From a virus (Duplodnaviria; Heunggongvirae; Uroviricota; Caudoviricetes): a stretch of DNA of 64,000 bases. Position numbers and translations under genes: made by a program. Shown piece by piece: positions 37,789 through 46,800 of this stretch. How positions within the stretch are numbered: the first letter of the stretch is position 1; every line of letters begins with the position of its first letter. The notes under the pieces were generated by a model. It was given only the letters and a program-made list of their open reading frames with translations. It made no database searches and had not been told where the DNA came from. The stretch covers positions 19,934-83,933 of IMG/VR virus record IMGVR_UViG_651324002_000003; one strand, 5' to 3'.

Positions 37789-38300
37789 CTCGCCATCTCC
37801 CTACCCGACAATGTTGGCGGCTCCATCCATGCAAATACATTTTCGTCCACTTCAAGCAAAAGTTCAGTATCACCAAATAGATTCTGGATTTCATGCCACC
37901 CTTCCGGAATAAATTCGGGCGTGTAATCGTCTCCCTGCGCAAAATCTGACGCAAACATGGTCCCAAACCTTCCAATCTCTATTTCCTCAATGCCCGATGG
38001 TACATAAGCTGCGTACTTTAAGACGTATCTTTCCGGTTTTCCTACCGCGACAATAACCGGCTCCCCGCCTTCCGGCATTCTCTCTGTAACCGGTATCCAC
38101 CGCATGCGATCCCCTGCCATGGCCAGTTCAAGAAGTTCCCCCGCCGCCATAATCTGATCTTCGGTTCTGTTGTGATTGTCCACCCCGATACTGACGGTTA
38201 TTTCTCCCCGATTAAGCCTGTCTAATATGCTCATTTTCCCATCTCCTCCCCTCGTTCCAACTTGATCAGCCAGTCCCGGAAGTCTATCCGGGCGCCGCAA
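37785..38300 (-). CDS. hypothetical protein
   Basis: 171-aa ORF. Confidence 0.4.
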   Translation of the reverse strand: MRRPDRLPGLADQVGTRGGDGKMSILDRLNRGEITVSIGVDNHNRTEDQIMAAGELLELAMAGDRMRWIPVTERMPEGGEPVIVAVGKPERYVLKYAAYVPSGIEEIEIGRFGTMFASDFAQGDDYTPEFIPEGWHEIQNLFGDTELLLEVDENVFAWMEPPTLSGREMAR

Positions 38301-38437
38301 TCATTGCAAACAATCCTGACCTCGTATTGTTTCTTGCCACCCAAAGCGCAGATTTCAGCATCAGCCCCGCAGAAGGGGCATATGCTGTTTTCTTCTTTAA
38401 GGAGTTCTGCGCAGATGTTTTTCACTGTCAATTTCAT
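38231..38437 (-). CDS. zinc-ribbon small protein
   Basis: CPFCG...CNDCG. Confidence 0.35.
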   Translation of the reverse strand: MKLTVKNICAELLKEENSICPFCGADAEICALGGKKQYEVRIVCNDCGARIDFRDWLIKLERGEEMGK

Positions 38438-38441
38438 GCTT

Positions 38442-38678
38442 TTATCCCCTCCGCTTATTCAGCAGAATAACGTTTAAGACAACAACGGCTTTGCATTTTC
38501 CTTTTTGTGCTATCAAATCACTAATGCGTTCGATATCGCCGATTTCATTAATTTTAAAATTGGTATTGAAGGTTATTCTTCCAAAGCCGTTCCCTGTTTC
38601 TGTCTGGCAGGCATATGACACAAAGTATTTATACTCCGGCTTTCCAAATAGCTTTTTAATGGCCGTTATGATCGACAT
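38442..38678 (-). CDS. hypothetical protein
   Basis: 78-aa ORF. Confidence 0.35.
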   Translation of the reverse strand: MSIITAIKKLFGKPEYKYFVSYACQTETGNGFGRITFNTNFKINEIGDIERISDLIAQKGKCKAVVVLNVILLNKRRG

Positions 38679-40582
38679 AACAATCCCCTCTCTATCGCCG
38701 ACTCTTCATCCTGTTTCACCCAGATTTCTTGGTTAGAAAGCTCCCATTCCCAGCCAAGCTTACCGGCCATCCAGGCAACTAATATCTGATTTCCCATCGC
38801 CTGAGCCGCAGCCGGCGGAACTGCATTCCCGATTGCTTCTCGCCACCGAGCATCCGATTTACCGGCCAGTACCAGGGGTGAACCGTCTGGCATGGTCAGA
38901 GGTATGGACTGTAAAGCAGCCAGTTCAAGGGTAGTCAGCGGTCTGTGCCATGTCCCATCCTCAGCGATAATCACATACACACCGGATTCATTGTCCGCCG
39001 GGATTCTCGGATCGGCGACCGCCGCCGTTCCAGCGTGAACATCTGCAGAGCCTATTACTGTTTTTGCCGGTTCGTCCCATTGGGTTACGCCCATCGTACC
39101 GTTTCTGACGGTGCAACCAAAACGCGGGTCCGGGATTGATTGAGCACCAGCCTGTATGTCCTGTATTCCGGTTACCGTTGTTGCATGCTTATCCCACTCG
39201 CCAACCTGATATTTGTTGCTAAAGCCTTTTTCTCTGGTTATCCGTGGGTCTGATATTGAAGCCCTACTAGCCATGACTTGCATGTTGCCGCGAATCGTGA
39301 CACCAGACTCATCCCATTTTTGAACACCGTAGCTATCCGGATACATCTTACAATTAAACCGTGGGTCCGATATCGCCGGCGCCCCGCTACCGAATCTTGT
39401 TCCCGTCACACATGGTCCTGTTTCGTCAAACTTTACAACCCGGTAAACTGCCGGATGCTTCCCTTCGCATGCCTGCAGTCTTGGATCAGGAATAACCGTA
39501 GCACCGTTGTTCGGTCTAAACGCCCCAGTCACCGTATTGGCTGGCTCATCGTATCGGCTGACCCTGTAAATTGTTTTATGGGTACTATCCGCATTTAAAG
39601 TCATTCTCGGGTCTGGTATGGCGGCTGCCGTGCTTCCCCCGGGACGCATATTTCCGGTAACCGTTCCACTCGGCTCTTCCCAGTCCATAACTCCAAAAGT
39701 GCTTTTACGCGGTTCATGTTCAATACGGTACTGCTCCGGGTTTATGTTCTGCAGATCCCGCCAGTCGCCGCCAGCAGGAATAAGCGCTAGGCGTACCCAA
39801 GTTTTCCACTGCAACCGTGGCATCCGATGCATCGGGCCGGCGGCCGGATCATCAGGCAATGGCATGGGGCCAATTATATCGCCAACTGTTTTGAGCGGAA
39901 GTTTTGGCGGTTTATATACAAACGCCGGTACTTTATCAGGCTGTCTGGCAAGCAACAAAAATCTTTTTCTGCTCTGCCCCAGCCCTCCGATCTCGCCGCA
40001 GTCGTGGATTTCATTTTCTTTATGTACAATCTCATAACCGAACGATTTCAACATACGTCTGATTTCTTTCAGCAATTCCGCTCCTCTAGTCCGTATCCGT
40101 GGCACATTTTCAAAAATGATGATTCCCGGCAAGTTGAGCTCAAACGCTTTAAGAGTCAGATATATGCATCGCAACGTCAGGCGATTCAAAGCCTGATATT
40201 TTTTACTTTCAGCTGCTTTCCTCGGCAATAACCCTGAAAACCCTTTGCACGGTCCGGAAATAAATACGGTATCCGGGTATTCCCCACCGGTTGCCTCGTA
40301 TATATCATCAGGCGTCACTTCCCGCCAACCTTCAGGTGGTTCCTTTCCGTGAAAGTCAATATAATCTTGCCAGCTGAAGAAATCCATTCTGACTGCTGGT
40401 GCTCCAGTCATCATTTCAAAATCTTCGCAAGCCAGCGGATCAACGTCAAATCCTTTCAATGTCCGGAATCGACCGACAGCTCCTTTGTATTCTCCGATAG
40501 ATTTTTGCATCCCGAATGCTGCCATGCCTGCGCCACAACATAGATGAATTACCTTGTTTTCGTAAATTTGTGCCCTTAGCAA
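38666..40582 (-). CDS. DNA (cytosine-5)-methyltransferase with six tandem TRD-like repeats (putatively multispecific)
   Basis: Motif I LCCGAGMAAFG, motif IV GPCKGFS, motif VI ENVPRI, motif IX RPLTTLELAALQ, motif X IGNAVPP. Between VIII and IX there are six repeats of about 37 aa of the form W(D/E)E....TVTG..........(I/V).DPR. Confidence 0.85.
   Translation of the reverse strand: MLRAQIYENKVIHLCCGAGMAAFGMQKSIGEYKGAVGRFRTLKGFDVDPLACEDFEMMTGAPAVRMDFFSWQDYIDFHGKEPPEGWREVTPDDIYEATGGEYPDTVFISGPCKGFSGLLPRKAAESKKYQALNRLTLRCIYLTLKAFELNLPGIIIFENVPRIRTRGAELLKEIRRMLKSFGYEIVHKENEIHDCGEIGGLGQSRKRFLLLARQPDKVPAFVYKPPKLPLKTVGDIIGPMPLPDDPAAGPMHRMPRLQWKTWVRLALIPAGGDWRDLQNINPEQYRIEHEPRKSTFGVMDWEEPSGTVTGNMRPGGSTAAAIPDPRMTLNADSTHKTIYRVSRYDEPANTVTGAFRPNNGATVIPDPRLQACEGKHPAVYRVVKFDETGPCVTGTRFGSGAPAISDPRFNCKMYPDSYGVQKWDESGVTIRGNMQVMASRASISDPRITREKGFSNKYQVGEWDKHATTVTGIQDIQAGAQSIPDPRFGCTVRNGTMGVTQWDEPAKTVIGSADVHAGTAAVADPRIPADNESGVYVIIAEDGTWHRPLTTLELAALQSIPLTMPDGSPLVLAGKSDARWREAIGNAVPPAAAQAMGNQILVAWMAGKLGWEWELSNQEIWVKQDEESAIERGLLCRS
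39005..39721 (-). repeat. six tandem repeats of about 111 bp (about 37 aa) inside the C5-methyltransferase gene, encoding TRD-like modules
   Basis: Repeats read in the translation: ...VTGNMRPGGSTAAAIPDPR / VTGAFRPNNGATVIPDPR / VTGTRFGSGAPAISDPR / IRGNMQVMASRASISDPR / VTGIQDIQAGAQSIPDPR / VIGSADVHAGTAAVADPR. Confidence 0.7.
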
Positions 40583-40630
40583 TTACATCACTCCATTTTG
40601 TCATAATTTTTGTCATAGAAAGACCGGCAT

Positions 40631-40960
40631 TCAGTCCATTTGATAATATATGTGTACTTTCCAACCATCGCTTTCCATGCTCTTTGCCATGGCTTCAACA
40701 GCTTTCGCCCGGGAATTCCCCTGACCACCACCCGGTGGATAAATAAAGTATCCTGGGCCAAGCCAGTTGCTCTTTCCTCGGCAATGCAACCCAGCTGCTT
40801 TTATTGCCTCCAACACCTTGTCCTCTTTCGCTCTCGGAATGCGCAAAACCATGGTATCTCTATTGGCCGTTCCTCCATCGTCACTCCCTGATGTAGACGC
40901 TACTGCGGTGCTTTTGGCCCTTATTAAGTCATCAGTTAATTTTTTGTAATCCGTTGCCAC
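40631..40960 (-). CDS. hypothetical protein
   Basis: 109-aa ORF. Confidence 0.35.
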   Translation of the reverse strand: MATDYKKLTDDLIRAKSTAVASTSGSDDGGTANRDTMVLRIPRAKEDKVLEAIKAAGLHCRGKSNWLGPGYFIYPPGGGQGNSRAKAVEAMAKSMESDGWKVHIYYQMD

Positions 40961-40986
40961 ATTGCTTCCCCCTTTGTAGCATTTTT

Positions 40987-41262
40987 TTATCGAAATCTCT
41001 CTCCCGGATTCCAGTCTAATGGCTTTTCAATGCAGAATCTTTCTCTGAAATCCGGATAATGTTCTTCAACCAAAGCCCACAACATCTCTTCATTTTCAAT
41101 GTCGATTACAGCATAAATGGTGCAATCTTCACGGCCAGAATTATCATCACGAAGAACAATTTCATATTCTTCATATTCGGATATCCAGATCTTGAATGGT
41201 GGTTTAGTGCAGCCTTCATCAACATAATTTCCTGAATACCAGCTGGCCCAAAATCGTTTCAT
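40987..41262 (-). CDS. hypothetical protein
   Basis: 91-aa ORF. Confidence 0.35.
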   Translation of the reverse strand: MKRFWASWYSGNYVDEGCTKPPFKIWISEYEEYEIVLRDDNSGREDCTIYAVIDIENEEMLWALVEEHYPDFRERFCIEKPLDWNPGERFR

Positions 41263-41284
41263 GTCGGCCCACCACCCATTTCCT

Positions 41285-42208
41285 TCATTCGTAGCCCCCG
41301 ATCCAGTTCGTCGTGCATCCCCCGTCCCTGCCGAGGATAACGTTCCTATGCTTCTCTATGCACCATTCCTCAACTTTCGACCATGGTTGCCCGATAAGGT
41401 TATGACTACGATCAAAATAAACTGTGTGTTTTTCCATATAATCCGTAATGTATTGCTCAATTGCTTCTGCCTTCGGATTGTCCAACCAGAGTTTCAATTC
41501 GAACCTTCGTATAAGAGCCGGATCGAGTAGTTTTGGCATATTAGTGGCTCCGATAAGTACCGCACTGGCCGGTAGTCTATCAAGGCAAGTAAGCATCGTG
41601 TTAAGGGTTAGACTGTACTCCTTGCCAGTTCCGCTTACCGCCCCGCTTCTCGCCTTTCCAATGGCGTCCAACTCATCCAAAAACAGTACACAACGGTTGC
41701 CATATGCGTATTCAAAGATTGCATTGATATTTTTACTGGTAGAACCGAGATACGAATCAACTACGCCAGACAGTTTCAGAATATGTACCGGCAGGTTTAA
41801 TTCCTTCCCGATCACTCCCGCCAACGTTGTTTTTCCATTCCCCGGCGGACCGGCAAGCAGAATTCTATTACGGGTCAGCAGTCCTGCTTCTCTTAAATTT
41901 TCAGCGAAATCCCTTTCATTCATAAAATCATTTACTGCCGCCAGAACTTCGTCCACCAAAAACATCTGGGGCAAATCCTTCTGACACTCCGGTTGATACA
42001 ACATCGACTTAATATTCTGGGGGAGTTCAACCAATTTCGCATTATTGTCTCCCCACGACTTCAAAGCCTGTTCCAACTGTGCTACTGCCTTATCTCGACC
42101 ATTACTCTTCTCGTTGGCAATCATCGCTACTATTTGCCGTCTGGCATTAGAGTAGTCACGATCACCTATAGCCCGTATCAGCCAGTAAACATCATCAATC
42201 TTTGGCAT
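41285..42208 (-). CDS. AAA+ ATPase
   Basis: Walker A GPPGNGKT, Walker B VLFLDELD, and classic AAA spacing. Confidence 0.7.
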   Translation of the reverse strand: MPKIDDVYWLIRAIGDRDYSNARRQIVAMIANEKSNGRDKAVAQLEQALKSWGDNNAKLVELPQNIKSMLYQPECQKDLPQMFLVDEVLAAVNDFMNERDFAENLREAGLLTRNRILLAGPPGNGKTTLAGVIGKELNLPVHILKLSGVVDSYLGSTSKNINAIFEYAYGNRCVLFLDELDAIGKARSGAVSGTGKEYSLTLNTMLTCLDRLPASAVLIGATNMPKLLDPALIRRFELKLWLDNPKAEAIEQYITDYMEKHTVYFDRSHNLIGQPWSKVEEWCIEKHRNVILGRDGGCTTNWIGGYE

Positions 42209-42225
42209 GTTAGAACCTCCTCACC

Positions 42226-42654
42226 TTATTCCTCAACAAATCTGATATGCGGATACCGCTTCATAAACATCTTCTTTTTCATCATGTATACTGGGGTTCG
42301 ATACCCTTTGGTATCAATCACCGTCAGGGACCCGTCCAACTCATCTACCTCGAAGTCTGCAATATACGCAATGGCCCGGATTTTTTGGCGGCCGGCTTTA
42401 AACGCATCCTGAACGATATATTGCACCTGGATTCGAAAGTCCTGGATAATCCCGGCCCTCTTTTGAAGTTTCAACTCCTGGTACTTTGCCGCTTCCTTCT
42501 GACTGGCAAACACAATGCCGTCAACTTCAGTCTTTGTGGCGTTATACTTTTGTTTTTTCGGCGTTTTGTCGGCCGCCTTTAATTCCCTCAGCACACCATC
42601 AGGGATTCGCACACCAGCCTTAATCAAATCAGAAACGCTGTTGAATCTCGGCAT
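42226..42654 (-). CDS. phage protein, DUF1064-like (restriction-endonuclease-like fold suspected)
   Basis: 142-aa ORF with a conserved phage-family look. Assignment from memory only. Confidence 0.35.
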   Translation of the reverse strand: MPRFNSVSDLIKAGVRIPDGVLRELKAADKTPKKQKYNATKTEVDGIVFASQKEAAKYQELKLQKRAGIIQDFRIQVQYIVQDAFKAGRQKIRAIAYIADFEVDELDGSLTVIDTKGYRTPVYMMKKKMFMKRYPHIRFVEE

Positions 42655-42895
42655 TGTCTTTTAACCATTTTTCTCCGAGCGACGACAGGCTGTAATCACC
42701 TGTCGCTACTCTCTTTTGCAGGAGCCCCCGCCGATACAGAATATCCCTGATCATTTCAACCATCCGGCCAGGAGTCCGATCCAAAATCTTCTGAGCCTGG
42801 TCGGCTTGCACATGTCCAGTACTATGCATGACCAGTATGGCTTTGGCGATGACACTTTCTTTGTTCACGGAATCACGTCCCATCTCGCTAATCAA
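42629..42895 (-). CDS. hypothetical protein
   Basis: 88-aa ORF. Confidence 0.35.
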   Translation of the reverse strand: MISEMGRDSVNKESVIAKAILVMHSTGHVQADQAQKILDRTPGRMVEMIRDILYRRGLLQKRVATGDYSLSSLGEKWLKDNAEIQQRF

Positions 42896-43302
42896 AAAGG
42901 AATCTCCTCATCTGGAAATACGTCCTTACCGAATGAACTCATATCTACGGGCGCTGACCCGGCTTCTGGGGCACCTTGTTTCTTACTGTCCAAAAACTCA
43001 ATGTTTTGAGCAATAACCTCGGTTACATAGCGGCGCTGTTTTTCAGCCGTTTCATAGCTACGGACCTGCATCCGTCCTTCCACCAGCACCCGCCGGCCCT
43101 TGGTCAGATTATTACCGGCGACCTCGGCCAGCTTCGACCAGGCGACTACTGGTATGAAATCCGCCTCCCGTTTCTCCGGTGACGAACTTTGCCTATTTAC
43201 GGCTACAGTAAAAGACGCTACGGCTTTTCCGCTTTGTGTGTAACGGACTTCTGGATCTTTTGCCAAATGTCCAACGAGTATGACTTTATTAATTTTGTCC
43301 AC
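42892..43302 (-). CDS. ssb: single-stranded DNA-binding protein
   Basis: OB-fold pattern (ILVGHLAKDPEVRYTQSGKAVASFTVAVNR) and an acidic C-terminal tail ...DEEIPF. Confidence 0.85.
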   Translation of the reverse strand: MDKINKVILVGHLAKDPEVRYTQSGKAVASFTVAVNRQSSSPEKREADFIPVVAWSKLAEVAGNNLTKGRRVLVEGRMQVRSYETAEKQRRYVTEVIAQNIEFLDSKKQGAPEAGSAPVDMSSFGKDVFPDEEIPF

Positions 43303-44174
43303 TCCCCTTCATGTTCTTTTGCCACTGGAAACTTCGACCGCAATCCTAAATCACTGCAGTAAATGGCCGGTCTATACCAATATCGTTGAAATTTCTTCCA
43401 TTCCTCGCTGTACTCTATCCATTCTTTCGGCTGGTATAGTTGTGCACGAGGCAACATTCCGGCAAACGCTACCGATTTTAATCTGGCTTCGTTTTTCGCC
43501 ATATCATCGCCAATGAGCACATAGCAGTGCAAGTTGTCCCGTCTAAACCCAGCCTTTAGGAGATTAGCAGCAACTTTTTTTATCCCCGGCACCGAGCCGT
43601 CACAGTCCGCTGCAAACCATAGTTTATCAATCTTCAGCGACCGCATCTGTTCAATATCCCAATCGGTTAATCGAACTGCCTCCAGTCCGCCTTTAAACTC
43701 TATCCTGCTCTGTTTCTTGAGCATGTCGTATACTTTCGCCCGGTGCTCCTGAGAACACGCCAGAAAGTTATTGTCTTGAATGATATTCCCTTCAGTAATC
43801 GGCAGTTCGCGTAGTTTCCCCTCTCTCTTGGGAACAAAACAAAAACTGCAGTTATTCGGGCATCCTCGGGACGTGAATGTCATGCCCTTGCGGACATACA
43901 TTCCTGAAACAAAATCGCCGCCGGCATCGCCAAAGGCCGGCCCGCCAATCTTAACAGGTTTATCAGTAGCTCCCCCCCATTGGTACTGCAGTTCCTGGCA
44001 CCACTCTCTATCCCAGGTAAATACACAACAAACATGAACTTCATCATGGGCAGGAATAAACAACTCAGGAGGACCGAAAAAGCACATATCGTCATCCGGC
44101 GTATAACTATTCCGCCTGGGGAATACTCGAATAATTTTTGAATAGTCCATACTCATCACCACGCTTTTTGTCAC
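43218..44174 (-). CDS. radical SAM domain protein
   Basis: Canonical CxxxCxxC (GCPNNCSFC) about 100 aa from the N-terminus. 318 aa. Overlaps the next gene. Confidence 0.6.
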   Translation of the reverse strand: MTKSVVMSMDYSKIIRVFPRRNSYTPDDDMCFFGPPELFIPAHDEVHVCCVFTWDREWCQELQYQWGGATDKPVKIGGPAFGDAGGDFVSGMYVRKGMTFTSRGCPNNCSFCFVPKREGKLRELPITEGNIIQDNNFLACSQEHRAKVYDMLKKQSRIEFKGGLEAVRLTDWDIEQMRSLKIDKLWFAADCDGSVPGIKKVAANLLKAGFRRDNLHCYVLIGDDMAKNEARLKSVAFAGMLPRAQLYQPKEWIEYSEEWKKFQRYWYRPAIYCSDLGLRSKFPVAKEHEGEWTKLIKSYSLDIWQKIQKSVTHKAEKP

Positions 44175-44766
44175 TTTTCGGCCTTGGCAACGGGCAGTAT
44201 ATTGTCTGCTTGGCCGGCTTGCTGCCCCATACCGTCCAGTAAACCTCCATCAGGGGACTGCCCGACTTGCGTTCTTTTTGGTCAAAGAGAAAATTCGGGC
44301 GCCATGTAAGCGGTAGTACCGCTTCCGGCCTATATTGCTCAAAGATTTTCAGCTTACTGGTTGCATGCCAATACTGCGATTTTAATAAAAAGGCGAAAGG
44401 CTTGCCATGTTCAATGCTGCGGAGGATAAATTGCTCCGACAGCGAAAAAGGCGGGTTTGTTATAATCCAGTCACAGGGATTAAATGGCGATATCAGGAAG
44501 TCCATTCCGGTTCGACCATATCCCCTGTCACGGAGTTCGGTAGCTATTACAAATGGATATCCCTGGTGTTTTATGGTTTTAGCCATGTGCCCCTCTCCGC
44601 AGGCAGGCTCCCATATCCGAGTGTTGTACGGAAGTTTTAAATAGTTTAACAGGGCAATCGTTACCTCCGGTGGTGTAGGGTAAAAGTCGCTCGGACTTCT
44701 ATTTTCGTGGGTTCTATTCGCAAGTAGGTTGCCTTCCATCTTTTCCCCTCTCAATCTCGGCATCAA
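44107..44766 (-). CDS. adenine-specific DNA methyltransferase (gamma-class order, NPPF)
   Basis: DFYPTPPEV (motif X), EPACGEGH (motif I) and IITNPPFS (motif IV). Confidence 0.65.
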   Translation of the reverse strand: MMPRLRGEKMEGNLLANRTHENRSPSDFYPTPPEVTIALLNYLKLPYNTRIWEPACGEGHMAKTIKHQGYPFVIATELRDRGYGRTGMDFLISPFNPCDWIITNPPFSLSEQFILRSIEHGKPFAFLLKSQYWHATSKLKIFEQYRPEAVLPLTWRPNFLFDQKERKSGSPLMEVYWTVWGSKPAKQTIYCPLPRPKSDKKRGDEYGLFKNYSSIPQAE

Positions 44767-45220
44767 ATTTCATAAACGTCATCCAGTGTGTTTTGGTTCT
44801 CCGATCCCCGAATAGCGGCTTGTGTCCAATAGCCTGCAGAACTTCTTTCTGCGGGATTTGCTCCTCGTTCCATTTAAAGATTAACGTTCCGTTCGGCTTC
44901 AGCACCCGCATGCACTCGGAGAATCCGGTTTTAATATCGTCGCGCCAGTTCCCGGTTAACTTTCCGTACTTCTTGACCATCCAGCCCTTTTCTCCCCCCC
45001 TGATTAAATGGGGCGGATCAAATACGACAAGGTAAAAGCTATTGTCAGGGAACGGCAGGTTTCGAAAGTCGGCGATGATATCAGGCTTGACGATCAATTG
45101 CCGCCCATCGCAGAGCGTGTCGATCGTTTCCCGGTTATCTACATAGACCGTATGCGGTTCTGCCCGGTCGAACCAGAACATTCGCGATCCGCAGCATGCG
45201 TCAAGAATTTTCTTTTGCAC
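44714..45220 (-). CDS. small DNA methyltransferase (DPPH motif; N6-A or N4-C)
   Basis: LDACCGS SAM-binding motif and VVFDPPH catalytic motif. Confidence 0.55.
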   Translation of the reverse strand: MQKKILDACCGSRMFWFDRAEPHTVYVDNRETIDTLCDGRQLIVKPDIIADFRNLPFPDNSFYLVVFDPPHLIRGGEKGWMVKKYGKLTGNWRDDIKTGFSECMRVLKPNGTLIFKWNEEQIPQKEVLQAIGHKPLFGDRRTKTHWMTFMKFDAEIERGKDGRQPTCE

Positions 45221-45262
45221 GGTTTAACCTCTCAATCTCGGCTATCGCCGCAAATATCACCA

Positions 45263-46048
45263 TTACTCAAACATTACGGTCTGGTCTGGATTCTCTTTGC
45301 CTTTACCGTCCCGATCATATGCCCACCAATTAAACCAATCTTCGGCAGATTGCCAAGTCATGATTTCTCCCTTTGCGTCTTTCCGCTTTTTTAGGATATC
45401 CCATCCCATCTGAGTGGCCATTTTATAAGCTTCGTAAATTTTGGGCCACCGGGTTGCGTCTCTGGAGATATCGTGTTGCATCGGGCACATCACGCATCCC
45501 AATCTTTCAAACCCTTCGTCATATAGGCTACAATAAGGCAATTTTACTGACCGAATGTATTCCCAAATGTCATGGTAAGTCCAGTCTATGATAGGATGAA
45601 AATACCGCTTTGAGTTGTCCGTATAGCATTGTTCAACCATTGCGCGCCGTTTTCGCCTTGAACTTTCTTCCCACCTTACGCCAGTGATAACCAGTCTTCC
45701 CTTTCCGCCGCATTCTTTTAGTACAGCGCAACACCACCTGCGGTGTCTTAATGGCAAATCTCCTTTCCGGGCTATCAACTGCCACATTGTTTCTTTAGGT
45801 AAATGGCGCTCAACTTCCGGATGCTCCCGCCGGATAAACTGCACTAATTCAGGGGGATCAACGGTAGTCAGGTTGTAGTGGGCGTCATATTTCACGCCGG
45901 CGTGCTTCACGAGGTCAAGAGTCACACACGAATCCTTCCCGCCGCTAAACGCCACATAGTACCCTTCTGGCGGCTCAAACTGGCGTATCCGGTCAATTGC
46001 TATCTGCACTTTATCTCTGATTCCGAAAAGCGTATGTTCTACCAGCAT
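45263..46048 (-). CDS. PAPS-reductase-family PP-loop protein
   Basis: PP-loop VAFSGGKDS and a C-terminal Cys cluster (CSLYDEGFERLGCVMCP). Confidence 0.75.
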   Translation of the reverse strand: MLVEHTLFGIRDKVQIAIDRIRQFEPPEGYYVAFSGGKDSCVTLDLVKHAGVKYDAHYNLTTVDPPELVQFIRREHPEVERHLPKETMWQLIARKGDLPLRHRRWCCAVLKECGGKGRLVITGVRWEESSRRKRRAMVEQCYTDNSKRYFHPIIDWTYHDIWEYIRSVKLPYCSLYDEGFERLGCVMCPMQHDISRDATRWPKIYEAYKMATQMGWDILKKRKDAKGEIMTWQSAEDWFNWWAYDRDGKGKENPDQTVMFE

Positions 46049-46140
46049 CTCATCACCACTCCATCCTAAACGGTTTTTCAGGCGGCACCACCAGAATCTC
46101 CACGCTTCGCCGTCCCCACTCAGCCACTTTAGTATCTAAC

Positions 46141-46800
46141 TCAGTGTCGGCCTTGATATCTAAACTCACCGAAATACCTTCTTTCCGCTCTTTCTCTCGC
46201 CCAAACAGCATCGTCTTTATTTTTATAAACTCCCAAATTCATCTCCTCATGATTGACCGTAATCCTTGCTCTCCAAAGGTCTGGCCTATGACTACAACGG
46301 CTAACTCCTATCGCATTAGATGTATTGCAACTTCTTAATCCACGATTAAAGCTACTCTGCAGTGGAGTGCAGACCCTCAGATTGATTTTTCTATTATCAA
46401 GCTGGTCATGATTTACATGGTCCACATACAAATCATCCGGACTTTCCATGATAAACCTGTGCAGGTACGTTGTTTTCTTGTTAACCCTTGTTTTTGCATA
46501 TCCATTATCACTTAAATGCCATTTGTGTCTTGATACTCTCCCGACATCTTCGCAATCTATAACCGCGAAATCACGCACTATATGCTTAGTGTCTCGCAGT
46601 ACGATGATTGCAAAGATATCGCCGTATATAACTTCGTTCCTGTCAAATCTTGTGACAGTTAAAATCCTTCCGAATTTGCGCATGTGTGCTCTATGTTTCT
46701 CGCACAATAGCATATTGGTTGGTCTGTATACGCACACCCTGTTATTTTCTGTGCCACATACTTCGCATTTTCGTATAAATTTTTGCAATCTGTCATTCAC
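46141..46800 (-). CDS. HNH homing-endonuclease-like protein with an AP2 DNA-binding domain
   Basis: N-terminal CEVCG..C..H..H Zn/HNH and an internal HVNHDQLDNR HNH core. C-terminal RARITVNHEEMNLGVYKNKDDAVWARERAERRYFGEF matches an AP2 domain. Confidence 0.7.
   Translation of the reverse strand: MNDRLQKFIRKCEVCGTENNRVCVYRPTNMLLCEKHRAHMRKFGRILTVTRFDRNEVIYGDIFAIIVLRDTKHIVRDFAVIDCEDVGRVSRHKWHLSDNGYAKTRVNKKTTYLHRFIMESPDDLYVDHVNHDQLDNRKINLRVCTPLQSSFNRGLRSCNTSNAIGVSRCSHRPDLWRARITVNHEEMNLGVYKNKDDAVWARERAERRYFGEFRYQGRH

Noticed and set aside
43218-44174. Idea that the radical-SAM protein is QueE and the island is a 7-deazaguanine (dpd) cluster
   Set aside because: No DpdA/TGT-like, FolE or QueD candidates are present. 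The Cys motif sits about 100 aa into a 318-aa protein, unlike the short N-terminal-motif QueE. Kept only as an open hypothesis.
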